64,000 nt of DNA from a bacterium (GTDB lineage: Bacteria; UBA8248; JACPRG01; G963555815), in the NCBI GenBank assembly GCA_965261595.1, contig CBDHDG010000007.1, positions 704,001 to 768,000 on the forward strand, written 5' to 3'. Each line of letters starts with the position of its first letter. The stretch's first letter is position 1. Shown here piece after piece: positions 39,100 through 49,621 of this stretch. Under the pieces are notes generated by a model. That model was given only the letters and a program-made list of their open reading frames with translations, did not search any database and was not told where the DNA came from. The position numbers and the translations under genes are program-made.

Positions 39100-39755
39100 T
39101 CTCGACCATCACCGGAATCTTGGCTCGCGTGGACGAGGATTCCGTCCACCTGCGGGTCGGCGGAATCACTTACCGGATTCTCGTGCCCGCCTCTCTCCTG
39201 GAGCGCGTCCAGGCCCGGTGGAGGAGCGGCGCCGGCCCAGAAGGCGAAGCCGGGGAAGAGATGACCTTTCACACCCTGTACTACATCGAGGGAAGCGCCG
39301 GCATGGGCAACGCCTATCCCCGGCTGGTCGGGTTTCTTCATCCGAAAGACCGCGAGTTCTTCGAGCGCTATACGGCCGTGCCCGGCCTGGGGGTGCGGAA
39401 GGCCCTGCGGTCCCTGACCCTCTCCGTCCGCCGGCTGGCCGAAGCCATCGAGCACGGGGACACGGCCGCCCTGGTCAAGCTCCCCGAGATCGGAAAGCGG
39501 ACGGCGGAGAAGATTGTGGCCGAGCTTCGAGGCAAGGTCTACGAGTTCGCCCTCATCCCGTCCGAGGGAGATGAGGGTCCGGCCGCGCCCGCGCCGGAGG
39601 AGGACGGCCTGCGGCCGCAGGCGATTGAGGTGTTCACCCAGTTGGGCTATAAGGGGGCCGACGCGGACGCGCTGGTTCGGGACGCCCTCGACCGAAACCC
39701 GGCCCTGGATTCGGTGGATGCCATCGTCAAGGAAGTCTTTCGCAAGAGGAGCTGA
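39096..39755 (+). CDS. ruvA: Holliday junction branch migration protein
   Basis: MISTITG, VGGI.Y, V.G.G...A, PEIGKRTAEKIVAEL, LGY; lies between ruvC and ruvB. Confidence 0.92.
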   Translation: MISTITGILARVDEDSVHLRVGGITYRILVPASLLERVQARWRSGAGPEGEAGEEMTFHTLYYIEGSAGMGNAYPRLVGFLHPKDREFFERYTAVPGLGVRKALRSLTLSVRRLAEAIEHGDTAALVKLPEIGKRTAEKIVAELRGKVYEFALIPSEGDEGPAAPAPEEDGLRPQAIEVFTQLGYKGADADALVRDALDRNPALDSVDAIVKEVFRKRS

Positions 39756-39766
39756 GGGGTTCCCGG

Positions 39767-40888
39767 ATGGTCCGTGAACGACTGGTGATGGGTGAGCCTC
39801 TCTCGGTGGAAGAGGAGGTCGCGAACGCCGCCCTCCGGCCCCGGCGCATGGAAGAGTTTGTCGGCCACCGCAACCTGGTGGAACGGCTCCGAATCGCCGT
39901 CGATGCCGCCCTCCAGCGCGGCGAGCCTATCGATCACATCATCTTTTACGGCCCCCCCGGTCTGGGGAAGACGACCCTGGCCCATATCATCGCCCATGAG
40001 ATGGGCGCCCACCTTGTGACCGCGTCGGGTCCCGCCATCACCCGTCCCGCCGACTTGATGGGGATTCTCACCAACCTGGATGACTCCAGCGTCCTGTTCC
40101 TGGATGAGATCCACCGCCTGCCCGTGACCGTGGAGGAGTTTCTCTTTCCGGCCATGGAGGACTACCAGGTGGACTTCATCATCGACAAAGGGCCTTTCGC
40201 CAAGAAGATCAACATCCCCCTGAAACCCTTTACGCTGATCGGCGCCACCACCCGGGCCGGCTTGCTGTCCGCGCCGCTCCGGGAGCGGTTCGGCATTTTC
40301 CACCACTTGAATTTTTACCCCCCCGAAGACCTGGCGCGGATCATCCGCCGCTCGGCTGGCCTGCTGGATTTCCCGTTCGAGCCGGAGGCGGCCGACCTGC
40401 TGTCCGTCCGGTCGCGGGGCACGCCGCGCGTCGCCAACCGGCTCCTCCGCCGAGTCCGGGATTACGCGGAGGTGAAGTCCGACGGAAGACTGACGCCCGT
40501 CACCGTCACCGATGCGCTCGCCCTGGAGGGGATTGACGAGGCCGGCCTGGATGAGCTGGACCGCCGCGTCCTGAGAACCATGCTGGAGGTCTACCGGGGA
40601 GGGCCCGTAGGCCTCGAAGCCCTGGCGGCCACCTTGAACGAAGAGCCGGACACCCTGTCCGATATGGTCGAGCCCTTCCTCCTCAAGTGCAAGCTCCTCA
40701 TCCGCACGCCCCAGGGCCGGCGCGTCACCGACGCGGGGCGCGGACACCTGGGGCTGCCGCCCATGGATTCCGACGACGTGGGGCGGGACCGCGAAGACCC
40801 GGATCCCCCTTCTCCCTCCCCCCCTCCCCAGGAAAAACTCGCGTTCGGCTCCGAAGCCGCGGGTGGACGGGACATGTCCAACGGATAG
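39767..40888 (+). CDS. ruvB: Holliday junction branch migration helicase
   Basis: LRP, GPPGLGKTTLA, DEIHRL, GATTR, RGTPRVANRLLRRVRD. Confidence 0.98.
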   Translation: MVRERLVMGEPLSVEEEVANAALRPRRMEEFVGHRNLVERLRIAVDAALQRGEPIDHIIFYGPPGLGKTTLAHIIAHEMGAHLVTASGPAITRPADLMGILTNLDDSSVLFLDEIHRLPVTVEEFLFPAMEDYQVDFIIDKGPFAKKINIPLKPFTLIGATTRAGLLSAPLRERFGIFHHLNFYPPEDLARIIRRSAGLLDFPFEPEAADLLSVRSRGTPRVANRLLRRVRDYAEVKSDGRLTPVTVTDALALEGIDEAGLDELDRRVLRTMLEVYRGGPVGLEALAATLNEEPDTLSDMVEPFLLKCKLLIRTPQGRRVTDAGRGHLGLPPMDSDDVGRDREDPDPPSPSPPPQEKLAFGSEAAGGRDMSNG

Positions 40889-40940
40889 ACATTTCGCTCG
40901 ACGCGTCGCGAAAGAACCAGGGGAGGGGAGGTCTTCCAGG

Positions 40941-41162
40941 ATGGGATTCGGCGGGATCGGAAAGGCCCTGATGATCCTGGGCGCCGTGCTCTTCGCCCTG
41001 GGGGGACTTCTGGCGCTCGGCGGAAAGATCCCTTGGCTGGGCCAACTCCCGGGAGACATTCACATCAAAAGAGAAAACTTCCAATTCTACTTTCCCCTGG
41101 GAACCGGTTTGGTCCTGAGCGTGGTTCTGTCTCTGCTCCTCTCGGTGTTGTTCCGGAAGTGA
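40941..41162 (+). CDS. DUF2905 membrane protein
   Basis: LG.LPGDI.I....F.FYFPL; usual position after ruvB. Confidence 0.9.
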   Translation: MGFGGIGKALMILGAVLFALGGLLALGGKIPWLGQLPGDIHIKRENFQFYFPLGTGLVLSVVLSLLLSVLFRK

Positions 41163-42418
41163 TCCGCGCCTCGAAAATCGTCTCCGGCCCGGCCGGGCCG
41201 GTTTGCCGGTTTCTCGCCCTCGCGGCGCTTCTCGCCGTCTTGGGATTTTCGGGGCCGGCGCGGGCCGGTCTGCCGGTTCGGGTGCTCCTGGTCCGGGGAG
41301 GGTTCTCCGTCCGCGTGTTCGCGGACGCGACGCTGAGAATTTACGCACTGGCGGAAGAGCGTCTTCTCTACGCCGCCGAAGGAGGCGGGCCCCTCCTCGT
41401 GCGCGCCCGGGGAGACCGGGTTCTGATCGGGGAAGCGGGCGGACGCTCTCTGCCCGCCGGCGGGGTCAGGTTTCGCGCGTTCGGCGGCCCGATCCGGATG
41501 AACGGGACACCCTACCGGGGCGCCATCGACGTCGCCGCCTCCGGGGGCAGGCTCTGGGTCGTCAACACGGTTCGGCTCGAGGATTACCTGCGGGGGGTCG
41601 TCGGCCGGGAGATCCCCTCCGGATGGCCGCGGCCCGCTCTTCGCGCCCAGGCCGTGGCGGCGCGCACCTTCACCCTGTTGATCCGGGCGCAAGCGGATAA
41701 AAAGGCGAAAGGGCGCGCCCTGTTCCACCTGACGGCCGGGACCGGAGACCAGGTTTACGGCGGCATACCGGCCGAGAACCCGGCCATCGACGCCGCGGTC
41801 GCCGCGACCGAGGGGCTGGTCGTGACGTATCGAGGGAAGATCGCCCGGGCCTTCTTTCACGCCTCTTCCGGCGGGCGAACGGAAGCGGTCGGGGCCGTCT
41901 GGGCCTCCATCGGGCTCCCTTACCTCCGGGGCGTCTCCGTTCCGCTGGAGCGCGGCGACCCCGCGCAGGAATGGCGGGCCACGGTCGGGTTGGGGGCCCT
42001 TCGCCGGGCGCTGGCGGGGACGGGCCGGTTTGTGGGAAGGATTCGGGCCGTCACCGTCGTGGGGCGCACCGCCTCGGGCCGGGCGTCCCGGGTGCGCATC
42101 GACCACCGCGGCGGGCGGCTCACCGTCCGGGCGGCCCTGCTCCGTCGGGTCCTGGGCTATGCGCGGGTCCGAAGCACGCTGTTTCGGATCGATCGAAACC
42201 GGGATGTCCTGATCTTCCGCGGACGCGGGTTCGGCCACGGCGTCGGGATGTCCCAACAGGGGGCCCGACTCCTGGCGGAAAGCGGCAAGTCTTACACCGA
42301 GATTCTGGCCTTTTTTTATCCGGGCACATCCCTTCTACGGGCCGAAGAAGCCGCCTTTCCCGACGCGGAGCTTCTTGTTCCCCAGGAAATCGACGACCTG
42401 AGCCTGCTTCTTCGGTGA
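41159..42418 (+). CDS. SpoIID/LytB domain protein
   Basis: VN...LEDYLRGVV..E, AQAVAART, QVY.G, G.G.GHGVGMSQ.GA. Confidence 0.93.
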   Translation: MIRASKIVSGPAGPVCRFLALAALLAVLGFSGPARAGLPVRVLLVRGGFSVRVFADATLRIYALAEERLLYAAEGGGPLLVRARGDRVLIGEAGGRSLPAGGVRFRAFGGPIRMNGTPYRGAIDVAASGGRLWVVNTVRLEDYLRGVVGREIPSGWPRPALRAQAVAARTFTLLIRAQADKKAKGRALFHLTAGTGDQVYGGIPAENPAIDAAVAATEGLVVTYRGKIARAFFHASSGGRTEAVGAVWASIGLPYLRGVSVPLERGDPAQEWRATVGLGALRRALAGTGRFVGRIRAVTVVGRTASGRASRVRIDHRGGRLTVRAALLRRVLGYARVRSTLFRIDRNRDVLIFRGRGFGHGVGMSQQGARLLAESGKSYTEILAFFYPGTSLLRAEEAAFPDAELLVPQEIDDLSLLLR

Positions 42419-42721
42419 AGGCGCGGAGGCGCCATAGACGCGGCCCCGGATGGTTTCACGGATCGGGGCGGCCGTGTTGGCAGGGCGAAAGCTCCGTCCA
42501 GGGGCCTCTCCGCGGGGTGTCCTTTCCCTCGATCCGGCATCCCGGATAAAACAAGGCAGGATTCCCCGCTACGTCCGGAATGACATCAACCGCGATTTTG
42601 CGGACCTTCAAAAATTTTGTTTGGCAACCTGTGGGGGTGAACGGATGGGGACGCCGGTTGGTTTCGGGATCACGGCGCGCGGTTTCCCCGGCCGGTCCCG
42701 TGCGTTCGCGGAGGGTTCCCC

Positions 42722-43762
42722 ATGAATCTTTCGGATCTCGATTTCGACCTGCCGGCGGATCGAATCGCCCAAGCGCCCCTGCCCGAGCGGGACGCGTCAA
42801 AGCTCCTTGTCCTGGACCGGCGTTCGGGAGAGATCGCGCATCACGCCTTCCGGGATCTCCCGGACCTGCTCGACCCGACGGATCTGGTGGTCGTCAACGA
42901 CACGCGCGTGATCCCCGCCAGGCTGTTGGGCCGGAAAGAAAAGACGGGGGGGCGGGTGGAAATCCTGTTGGTCCGGGAGCGGGAAGAAGGGCTCTGGGAC
43001 TGTATGGCCAAGGGAACGGGCCGTCTGCGGCCGGACACGATCCTCGCGTTTGAAGACGGCGTCCGGGGAGTCGTCGAGACCCGACCCGATGCGGACCGGG
43101 TCCAAGTGCGGTTTTCCCCGAAAGCGGATTTTCGCCAATGGGTCGGCCGGCGGGGCCATGTTCCTCTCCCGCCCTACATCCGGCGTCCCGAGGCGCCCGA
43201 GGACCGGGAGCGCTATCAAACGGTTTTCGCGGAGAACGCGGGCGCGATCGCGGCGCCCACGGCGGGCCTTCACTTCACCCCCCGGCTCTTGAAACGGATC
43301 GCGGCTCGCGGAATCGGCCGGGCCGCGCTGACGCTGCACGTCGGACCGGGGACCTTTCGACCCATCCGGACCGCCCGGGCGGAAGACCACGTGATGGAGG
43401 CCGAAGAAACCCACATCCCGCCGGAGACGGCGCGGAAGATCCTGGAGACCCGGGCGGTCGGCGGGAGGATTGTGGCGGTGGGGACGACGGTGGTCCGGAC
43501 ACTGGAAGGCAGGGTCGAGGCGGGCCCGCGTGGGGAGGTTTCCCTCGGGTCCGGTCGATCGGGGGTGTCTCTATTCATCACGCCCGGCCACCGGTTCCGT
43601 CTGGTCGGCGGGCTGGTGACGAATTTCCACCTGCCCGGCTCCACGCTGCTTTTGCTGGTTGCGGCGTTCGCGGGGCGCGAGCGAATCCTCGAGGCTTATG
43701 GTGAGGCGCTTCGGAAGGGTTACCGCTTTTACAGCTACGGCGACGCGATGTGGATCCGCTGA
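42722..43762 (+). CDS. queA: S-adenosylmethionine:tRNA ribosyltransferase-isomerase
   Basis: NDTRVIPARL, PLPPYI, AAPTAGLHFT, TNFHLP.ST, YRFYSYGDAM. Confidence 0.98.
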   Translation: MNLSDLDFDLPADRIAQAPLPERDASKLLVLDRRSGEIAHHAFRDLPDLLDPTDLVVVNDTRVIPARLLGRKEKTGGRVEILLVREREEGLWDCMAKGTGRLRPDTILAFEDGVRGVVETRPDADRVQVRFSPKADFRQWVGRRGHVPLPPYIRRPEAPEDRERYQTVFAENAGAIAAPTAGLHFTPRLLKRIAARGIGRAALTLHVGPGTFRPIRTARAEDHVMEAEETHIPPETARKILETRAVGGRIVAVGTTVVRTLEGRVEAGPRGEVSLGSGRSGVSLFITPGHRFRLVGGLVTNFHLPGSTLLLLVAAFAGRERILEAYGEALRKGYRFYSYGDAMWIR

Positions 43763-43826
43763 ACCGTTACGTCCCCGGATCGAGGGACCCGTTGTCCACC
43801 GCGCCGGCGCCGCGAATCCGGCCGGG

Positions 43827-44129
43827 CTAAAGCTCGAAGGAAGAAGCCGATTGATCCCCGTTCACCGCTTCCCTGAAATGCTTTCCCGACTTGAACCGGA
43901 CGACCTTCCGGGCCGGGATGGGGGCCTCTTCGCCTGTCTTCGGGTTTCGGCCGATGCGGTCCGATTTGCTCCGGACCCGGAATGATCCGAACCGCCTCAG
44001 GATGACAGGCTCGCCGTTTTTCAGGGTTGCTTTCACGACATTGATGATGGTCTCGACCGCTTCTTCGGCCTTGACCTTCGTGAGTCCCGTATCCTCCGCT
44101 ACGCGGCTGATAATCTCGATCTTGGTCAC
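43827..44129 (-). CDS. HU/IHF family DNA-binding protein
   Basis: MTK.E, FG.F, GRNPKTGE, V.FK.GK. Confidence 0.95.
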   Translation of the reverse strand: MTKIEIISRVAEDTGLTKVKAEEAVETIINVVKATLKNGEPVILRRFGSFRVRSKSDRIGRNPKTGEEAPIPARKVVRFKSGKHFREAVNGDQSASSFEL

Positions 44130-44420
44130 AGAACGCCCCTCCCCTAAAGCCGCTTAAGCACGTGAACACCTCGGATGACTCACCCGGCCCATCCGAAACA
44201 CGTTATTCTCTTCCTGCGAGATGTATGATTTATATCGTAGAACTCGAAAAAAAATCAATGCCTTTCGATCATCTGGAAACGCTTCGCCGGTGCGGCCGCA
44301 AAGGGTCCGGCAACCATGGAGACCAAAAAAGCCCCCCCCCAATTTCCGGAAGTATCCGACAATTCTGAAAAGGCCCGGTCGATTTTTGATGAGCTTATCA
44401 AGATGAAATCGGGCCGCGTC

Positions 44421-44453
44421 ACGGGTCAACCGACCCCACGGGTCAACCGACCC
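44421..44453. repeat. Two tandem 17-bp hairpin units ACGGGTCAACCGACCC(C)
   Basis: Each unit is a GGGTC-N4-GACCC palindrome; same family as 49622-49672. Confidence 0.85.
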
Positions 44454-44592
44454 GCGCGCTTCGGCCCGAGAATGTCGCTTGCGGAGACCGACACCCCGCA
44501 GGCGGGGGCGCCAGGGGGGGGGAGGGGGGAATCTTCAGACCCCCTCTGGATGAAAACAGCGATTCACCCGCATCCCCGGTTCCAGGAATTGA

Positions 44593-44835
44593 TCAGGATT
44601 CCTCCAGCGGGGCCTGCACCTCGTCGACCGGGAGATCCCCATCCTTGACGTCCCATTTGAGCTTCCCTTCGACGATCTCCTTGAGGGCGATTGTTTCGTA
44701 ATCCTTGTCCTCCGTTTCGATCAGCGGCTCCGAGCCTTTGAGGAGCTGCATGATTCGCTTGGCCAGCAGGTTGGTCAGCAGGAAACGGTTTTGAACACGG
44801 TCCATTGCTTGGGTCAGCAGAGACTGATCCGCCAT
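44593..44835 (-). CDS. rpoZ: RNA polymerase omega subunit
   Basis: NRF.L..L.AKR..QL..G..PL, IAL.EI.EGKL. Confidence 0.88.
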   Translation of the reverse strand: MADQSLLTQAMDRVQNRFLLTNLLAKRIMQLLKGSEPLIETEDKDYETIALKEIVEGKLKWDVKDGDLPVDEVQAPLEES

Positions 44836-44916
44836 CGATGATTGCTCCCTTTCGCCCAGATCTTCTTTTGTGGTGTCGGCTCAAGCGTTCGTCGCGGCTC
44901 GCGTGCGGGGCCGAAA

Positions 44917-45375
44917 TCAGGCCCCTGAAACGGGCGCGGCGGGACCGCCGCTTCCAGCCGAACGCACGACGTCGACAAATCGCATTTTCAACTCGGCCAG
45001 GATCTGCTCGAAAAGCCGATCTTCTTCCTCGGTCAGGTTTCCCTGGGTCTTCTCCCGGAGAATGCCCAGGATGTCGATCATCTGTTTGGCGCCCTCGATG
45101 TTGGCTTCCGGGCGCCCTCCCGCCGGGTCCGGGGCCACGCCCAGGTTGATCAAGGCCGTGTTCGCGAGTGAAAGAATAAATCCTCCGAAATCCGGCTGCG
45201 GGACGCCGCCCGGCGGCGCCTCCCCGGCCTCCGCTTCGGGCGGGGCGGCGGGCTCGGGCTCGGCTTCCGCCCGCTCCGGCCGGGGCGCCTCCTCCGCACT
45301 CTCCTCTTCGTCGCGTTTTGATTGGCGCCGGTCGGTTACGGTAAAGCCTCGACCCTGTTCTTCCTCTTCCGACAT
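44917..45375 (-). CDS. DUF1844 domain protein
   Basis: F..FILSL...A...LG, A...ID.L..L.EKT.GNLT.EE. Confidence 0.88.
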   Translation of the reverse strand: MSEEEEQGRGFTVTDRRQSKRDEEESAEEAPRPERAEAEPEPAAPPEAEAGEAPPGGVPQPDFGGFILSLANTALINLGVAPDPAGGRPEANIEGAKQMIDILGILREKTQGNLTEEEDRLFEQILAELKMRFVDVVRSAGSGGPAAPVSGA

Positions 45376-45456
45376 TGCCCCTCTCCCCTTCCACCAACGG
45401 TTAATCAGAAGCTTCGCCGCCGATTGTGCGCGATGTGGCCGACCGCCGTCCGAGGG

Positions 45457-46608
45457 TCAGCCGAACAGCTTCCGCTTCTTCCGGCCTATTTCCGGCGCTT
45501 CGCCCTCTTCCCCCGGATGGCCGGCGCCCGAATCCGTTTCGGCCAATTCGATCTCCCGGAACTCCTTCATCAGGTCTCGAGCCCGGGAGGACAGTTTCTT
45601 GGGCGTCTCGACGTAAACTTCCACAACCAGGTCCCCGGGCGACCCCCCGTGGACGTCCGGAATACCCGCTCTTCGCACCCGGAACCGCTCGCCCGATTGC
45701 GTGGCCTCCGGCAGGGTGACCCTTTGGTCTCCGTTCAGCGTGGCGACCTCCACCTTCCCGCCCAGCGCCGCCAGACCGAAAGAGATCGGCACGCGGCAGA
45801 ACAAGATTTTTCCGTCGCGCTGGAAGAAGGAATGGGGCTCGACGGTGACGTAGACGTAGAGATCCCCCGGGGGACCCCCGCCCGCCCCGTCCTCGCCTTC
45901 GTCCTGAATGCGGAGGCGGGAGTCGGTGTCGATGCCGGCCGGAACCTTCACCTTCAAGGATTTGGTTTGTTCCGTCCTGCCCGCCCCGCCGCACTCCCGG
46001 CAGGGATGCTCGAGCACCCGTCCCGCCCCGCCGCATTGCGGACAGGGCGTCGCGATGGAAAAGAAACCGCTCGAATGCTGCACCTTGCCGCGCCCGCCGC
46101 ACGTGGCGCACGTGGCGGGAGAGGTGCCAGGCTCCGCTCCGCCGCCCCCGCAGGGCTCGCACGTCTTCAGCCTGGGAATTTCGAGGGTGATTTCCGTCCC
46201 CAGCGCCGCGTCCTCGAACGGAAGGCTCAAATCGTACCGCAGGTCGTGACCCCGCTGCGGTCCCCCGCGCCCCCGTCTTCGCCGGCCGCCCCCCTCCCCC
46301 CCGCCGAACAGGTCGCCGAAGATGTCTCCGAAGGACGAGAAGATGTCTTCGAACCCCCGAGGACCCTGAAAACCGGACCCTTCGAGCCCCTCGTGGCCGA
46401 ACTGGTCGTAAATCCTCCTCTTCTCCGGATCTTGGAGGACTTCGTAGGCTTCGGAAGCCTCCTTGAACCTGTCTTCGGCTTCCTGGTCGTCGGGGTTCCG
46501 GTCGGGGTGAAACTCCTTGGCCTTACTCCGGTAGGCTTTCTTGATTTCCGGCTGGCCAGCCCCCCGGTCGACCTCCAGGACCTCGTAGTAATCGCGCTTG
46601 GCGTTCAT
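45457..46608 (-). CDS. dnaJ: Chaperone DnaJ (class A)
   Basis: J-domain HPD, G/F region, four CxxCxGxG repeats. Confidence 0.97.
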   Translation of the reverse strand: MNAKRDYYEVLEVDRGAGQPEIKKAYRSKAKEFHPDRNPDDQEAEDRFKEASEAYEVLQDPEKRRIYDQFGHEGLEGSGFQGPRGFEDIFSSFGDIFGDLFGGGEGGGRRRRGRGGPQRGHDLRYDLSLPFEDAALGTEITLEIPRLKTCEPCGGGGAEPGTSPATCATCGGRGKVQHSSGFFSIATPCPQCGGAGRVLEHPCRECGGAGRTEQTKSLKVKVPAGIDTDSRLRIQDEGEDGAGGGPPGDLYVYVTVEPHSFFQRDGKILFCRVPISFGLAALGGKVEVATLNGDQRVTLPEATQSGERFRVRRAGIPDVHGGSPGDLVVEVYVETPKKLSSRARDLMKEFREIELAETDSGAGHPGEEGEAPEIGRKKRKLFG

Positions 46609-47234
46609 GAACTCTTCCGCTCGCGCTCGGGGGGGCCGTCTTTCAATTCCTCAGGGGGTGGACCGGCTGGCTTACCGACCCGTACGCGGGCCGGCCGCAA
46701 CAATCGGCCTTTGAGTAAATAACCCGGAAGCACCTCTTCGGCCACCTGATTTTCCTTCGCCGGGTCATCCACGGAAACGACGCCCACGGCCTCATGGACG
46801 TTCGGGTCAAAAGGCCCGCCCGTGCTTTCCACCCGCTCCAGGCCGTGGGCCTGAAGCGTCCCAACCAGCCGGCCGTGAACAAGCCGGACGCCCTCCAGAA
46901 GGACGGCGGCGCCTCCGGACGCTCCGGTCTCAAGAGCCCTGTCCATGTCGTCCAGGACCCCGATCAGCTCCTCCACCAGGCCGCCCAGGGTTTCCTCGGC
47001 CCGCCGGTCCGCCTCCTTGCGGATTCGCTCCCGAAAGGCCTCGTTCTCGGCGCGCTGGTTCTCGACGAACGTCTTCAGCCGCTCTTCGTTTTCCCGGGCG
47101 CGCGCCTCAATCCGCTCGATGTAGGTGGGGAGGACGGACGGCACCTCCGCGTCTCCATCACCCCTTCCCTTCGCCCAGTGTCTCCGGTCAACGACCGAGA
47201 CCTTGGGCCGCTCCTCTTCTTCCTTTTCCGGCAT
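46605..47234 (-). CDS. grpE: Nucleotide exchange factor GrpE
   Basis: LD...[25 protein letters not shown]. Confidence 0.93.
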   Translation of the reverse strand: MPEKEEEERPKVSVVDRRHWAKGRGDGDAEVPSVLPTYIERIEARARENEERLKTFVENQRAENEAFRERIRKEADRRAEETLGGLVEELIGVLDDMDRALETGASGGAAVLLEGVRLVHGRLVGTLQAHGLERVESTGGPFDPNVHEAVGVVSVDDPAKENQVAEEVLPGYLLKGRLLRPARVRVGKPAGPPPEELKDGPPERERKSS

Positions 47235-47239
47235 CTTGA

Positions 47240-47710
47240 TCAGTCCCTTCCGATTTTCGTCTTCTCGCGGTGGACTTCAACCTCCGGAGGCCGCGGGACG
47301 GCCGTCTTGACTGGGTCACGGCCGCTTCTCCGGAAGGGGACGACGCCCTGATGAGCCACCGGCGTCAGGGCCGTCGAGGTCTCCCCGTACTTTTCCTTGA
47401 GCAGGGTCCACATCTCCCGGCGGATGAACTCCTTCATTTCTTCCATGCGCTCCTGTTGGTCTTCCATGCGCTCCAGGAGGTTGAGGATGACCTGGACGCC
47501 GGCCAGGTTGACCCCGAGCTCCCGGGTCAGGTTCAGAATGGTCTCGAGCCGCTCGATGTCCCGCCGGGAGTACATGCGCGTGTTGCCCGGCGTCCGCTGA
47601 GGTGAGACGAGACCTTCCCGCTCGTAGAGGCGGAGGGTCTGTTGGTGGACGCTCAGCATCTCCGCCGCCACGCGGATCGTGAACCGTTCCTTGTCCCCGT
47701 CGGCGCTCAT
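47240..47710 (-). CDS. hspR: MerR-family heat-shock repressor HspR
   Basis: I.VAAEML..H.QTLRLYEREGL..P.RT.G.TR.YS, LT.ELGVNLAGV..IL; located in the chaperone operon. Confidence 0.9.
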   Translation of the reverse strand: MSADGDKERFTIRVAAEMLSVHQQTLRLYEREGLVSPQRTPGNTRMYSRRDIERLETILNLTRELGVNLAGVQVILNLLERMEDQQERMEEMKEFIRREMWTLLKEKYGETSTALTPVAHQGVVPFRRSGRDPVKTAVPRPPEVEVHREKTKIGRD

Positions 47711-48720
47711 CGGATCACGTCCTCGATTTCCTCTCTCGGATCGGTGGGATTCATCCGCCCCAGCTCCCGGACGAGGGCCTTGGATTCGTCGCTCAGGTCC
47801 TTTGGAACGATGACATGGGCCGTCACATACAGGTTCCCCTGTCCGTTGCCTTTCAGGTGGGGCATGCCTTTTCCCCGAAGCCGGAAGGTCTGGCCGGTTT
47901 GCGTCCCCTCGGGGACGGTCATTTTGGTCTCCCCCTCCATGGTGGGCGCGACGACGCGCGCCCCCAGAACGGCCTCGGGGAAGGTGACGGGCAGCTTGAC
48001 GTAGAGGTTGTCGCCCTTGCGCTCGAACCGGAGATGCGGCCGGACCTTGACGACGATGTACAGGTCCCCGCCCGGCCCGCCGTTGTAGCCGGGCTCGCCC
48101 TTTCCGGCCAGCCGGATCTTCGAGCCGTTGTTCACCCCCTTGGGGATCCGGACCCGCAGGCGCTCTTGCCCGATGCCTCCGTCCTCCCGGCGCCGGTTCA
48201 GGGAGATGCTGACCAGTCGTCCTATGAAGGCGTCGTCCAGGCTGACCTCCAGGGTGTAGTTGATGTCGTTGCCGCGCAGGTTCCGCGGCCGGGGAGGGGC
48301 TTGCTCCCGGGCGGCGCCGAAGATGTCGCTGAAGATGTCGCCGATGCCCCCTCCCCCTGCTCCTCTCCTGCCGGCGCTCCCGCGGCCGCCGCCGAAGATG
48401 CCGCCCAGGATGTCGTCCAGGTCCCCGAATCCCCCTCCTCCCCCCGCCCCCCCCCGGGCGCCGGACCTGAAACCGGCGAAGGGATCGAATCCGGGGCCGA
48501 AGGCGTCGTGGCCCATCAAGTCGTACTTTTTGCGCTGCTCCGCGTCGCTGAGGACGGCGTAGGCTTCGCTGATCTCCTTGAACCGCTCTTCGGCGGCTTT
48601 GTCGCCGGGGTTGACGTCGGGATGGTGCTTCCGGGCAAGCTGGCGGTAGGCCTTTTTGAGATCCGCCTCGGAGACCTTCTTGGGCACCCCCAGGATCTCG
48701 TAGTAATCACGCTTGTTCAC
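47707..48720 (-). CDS. cbpA: Class B J-domain protein (CbpA-like, no zinc finger)
   Basis: HPD J-domain, G/F region and DnaJ_C without CxxC; overlaps the hspR start. Confidence 0.85.
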   Translation of the reverse strand: MNKRDYYEILGVPKKVSEADLKKAYRQLARKHHPDVNPGDKAAEERFKEISEAYAVLSDAEQRKKYDLMGHDAFGPGFDPFAGFRSGARGGAGGGGGFGDLDDILGGIFGGGRGSAGRRGAGGGGIGDIFSDIFGAAREQAPPRPRNLRGNDINYTLEVSLDDAFIGRLVSISLNRRREDGGIGQERLRVRIPKGVNNGSKIRLAGKGEPGYNGGPGGDLYIVVKVRPHLRFERKGDNLYVKLPVTFPEAVLGARVVAPTMEGETKMTVPEGTQTGQTFRLRGKGMPHLKGNGQGNLYVTAHVIVPKDLSDESKALVRELGRMNPTDPREEIEDVIR

Positions 48721-48869
48721 GTTCGCTCACCGCCTTCGGACGTTTCACGCATCGTTCTGTTGAGAACGAACCAAAGTGGTTGATGCCGAAAAACCCCCTG
48801 AGAAAAGATCAAACCGATGGTTGGATGGAACTTCTTTCAATAAAGGGTTCTTCAGCAACTTGGAAGGAT

Positions 48870-49028
48870 TTATTCACCAGATTTCTTCTTCTGCTCCTCC
48901 ATTTCACGATCGGGATTGAGCCCTTTCCCTAAATAGCTCGTCAACCGCGGATCAGGTTGAATCTCCACCGCGGTTTCCGTCTCTTCCGCCTCATCTTGAC
49001 TTTGGTTCTCTTTATCCTTCTCGGCCAT
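48870..49028 (-). CDS. 52-aa acidic peptide (below the ORF-track cutoff)
   Basis: AAGGAGG RBS; MAEKDKENQSQDEAEETETAVEIQPDPRLTSYLGKGLNPDREMEEQKKKSGE. Confidence 0.65.
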   Translation of the reverse strand: MAEKDKENQSQDEAEETETAVEIQPDPRLTSYLGKGLNPDREMEEQKKKSGE

Positions 49029-49042
49029 TGTTCAATCCTCCT

Positions 49043-49513
49043 TCACGGGAGCGAAATCCAAATCCAGTTTGCGATGATGAACGCGACACCGACTATCATG
49101 AGATAGATGGACAATTGTACGTAACGTGCTTTAAAGCGGTTCTTTTTGCGAACCTCTTCATAAGACTCCACCATGTTGTCAATCAGCGTAGACAGGACCT
49201 CTCTTTTCTTTTTCTGAGAGTACCATCTGCGAAGTTGTCGGAGATCGGGGTCTCGGCGGTACTTTCCCACTTAAAAAGAGATTCCTCCAGAGACTAAGGA
49301 TAAGAACAGAGCGATCAGACCGACTCGAAAAGGCCATAAGGCATCTCCGGCTTGAACCTGAAAGAGCACGGCGAGAATCACTCCGTTAAAGCCGATTAGC
49401 ATCCCCGCTTTGCTGTCCATGCTGTCCACAGCGCCAATCTCTATATCCAACCGCTCTTTGACCGCCTCATATATGATTTCTATGGTCTCAAGGGCTTCAT
49501 TTTCTTCTGTCAA
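49043..49513 (-). pseudogene. Low-GC 3-TM membrane protein with an in-frame TAA at 49271-49273
   Basis: The 80-aa and 75-aa ORFs are in the same frame, separated only by TAA; motif D.KAG.LIGFNGVIL. Confidence 0.7.
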
Positions 49514-49621
49514 CGAATGAGGATCCCTTCAGGCGGAAACCCTGGTATGAACAGTTGTAGCGCGGGGGCTTCAGCCCCCGCTCCATCCCCTACCTCAATG
49601 ATGCTGTTCTCAGCGGAGGCC

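Noticed and set aside
48779..48860. Degenerate inverted repeat GTTGATGCCGAAAAACCC / GGGTTCTTCAGCAAC
   Set aside because: Possibly an IS-end remnant, but too degenerate and single-copy here to call.
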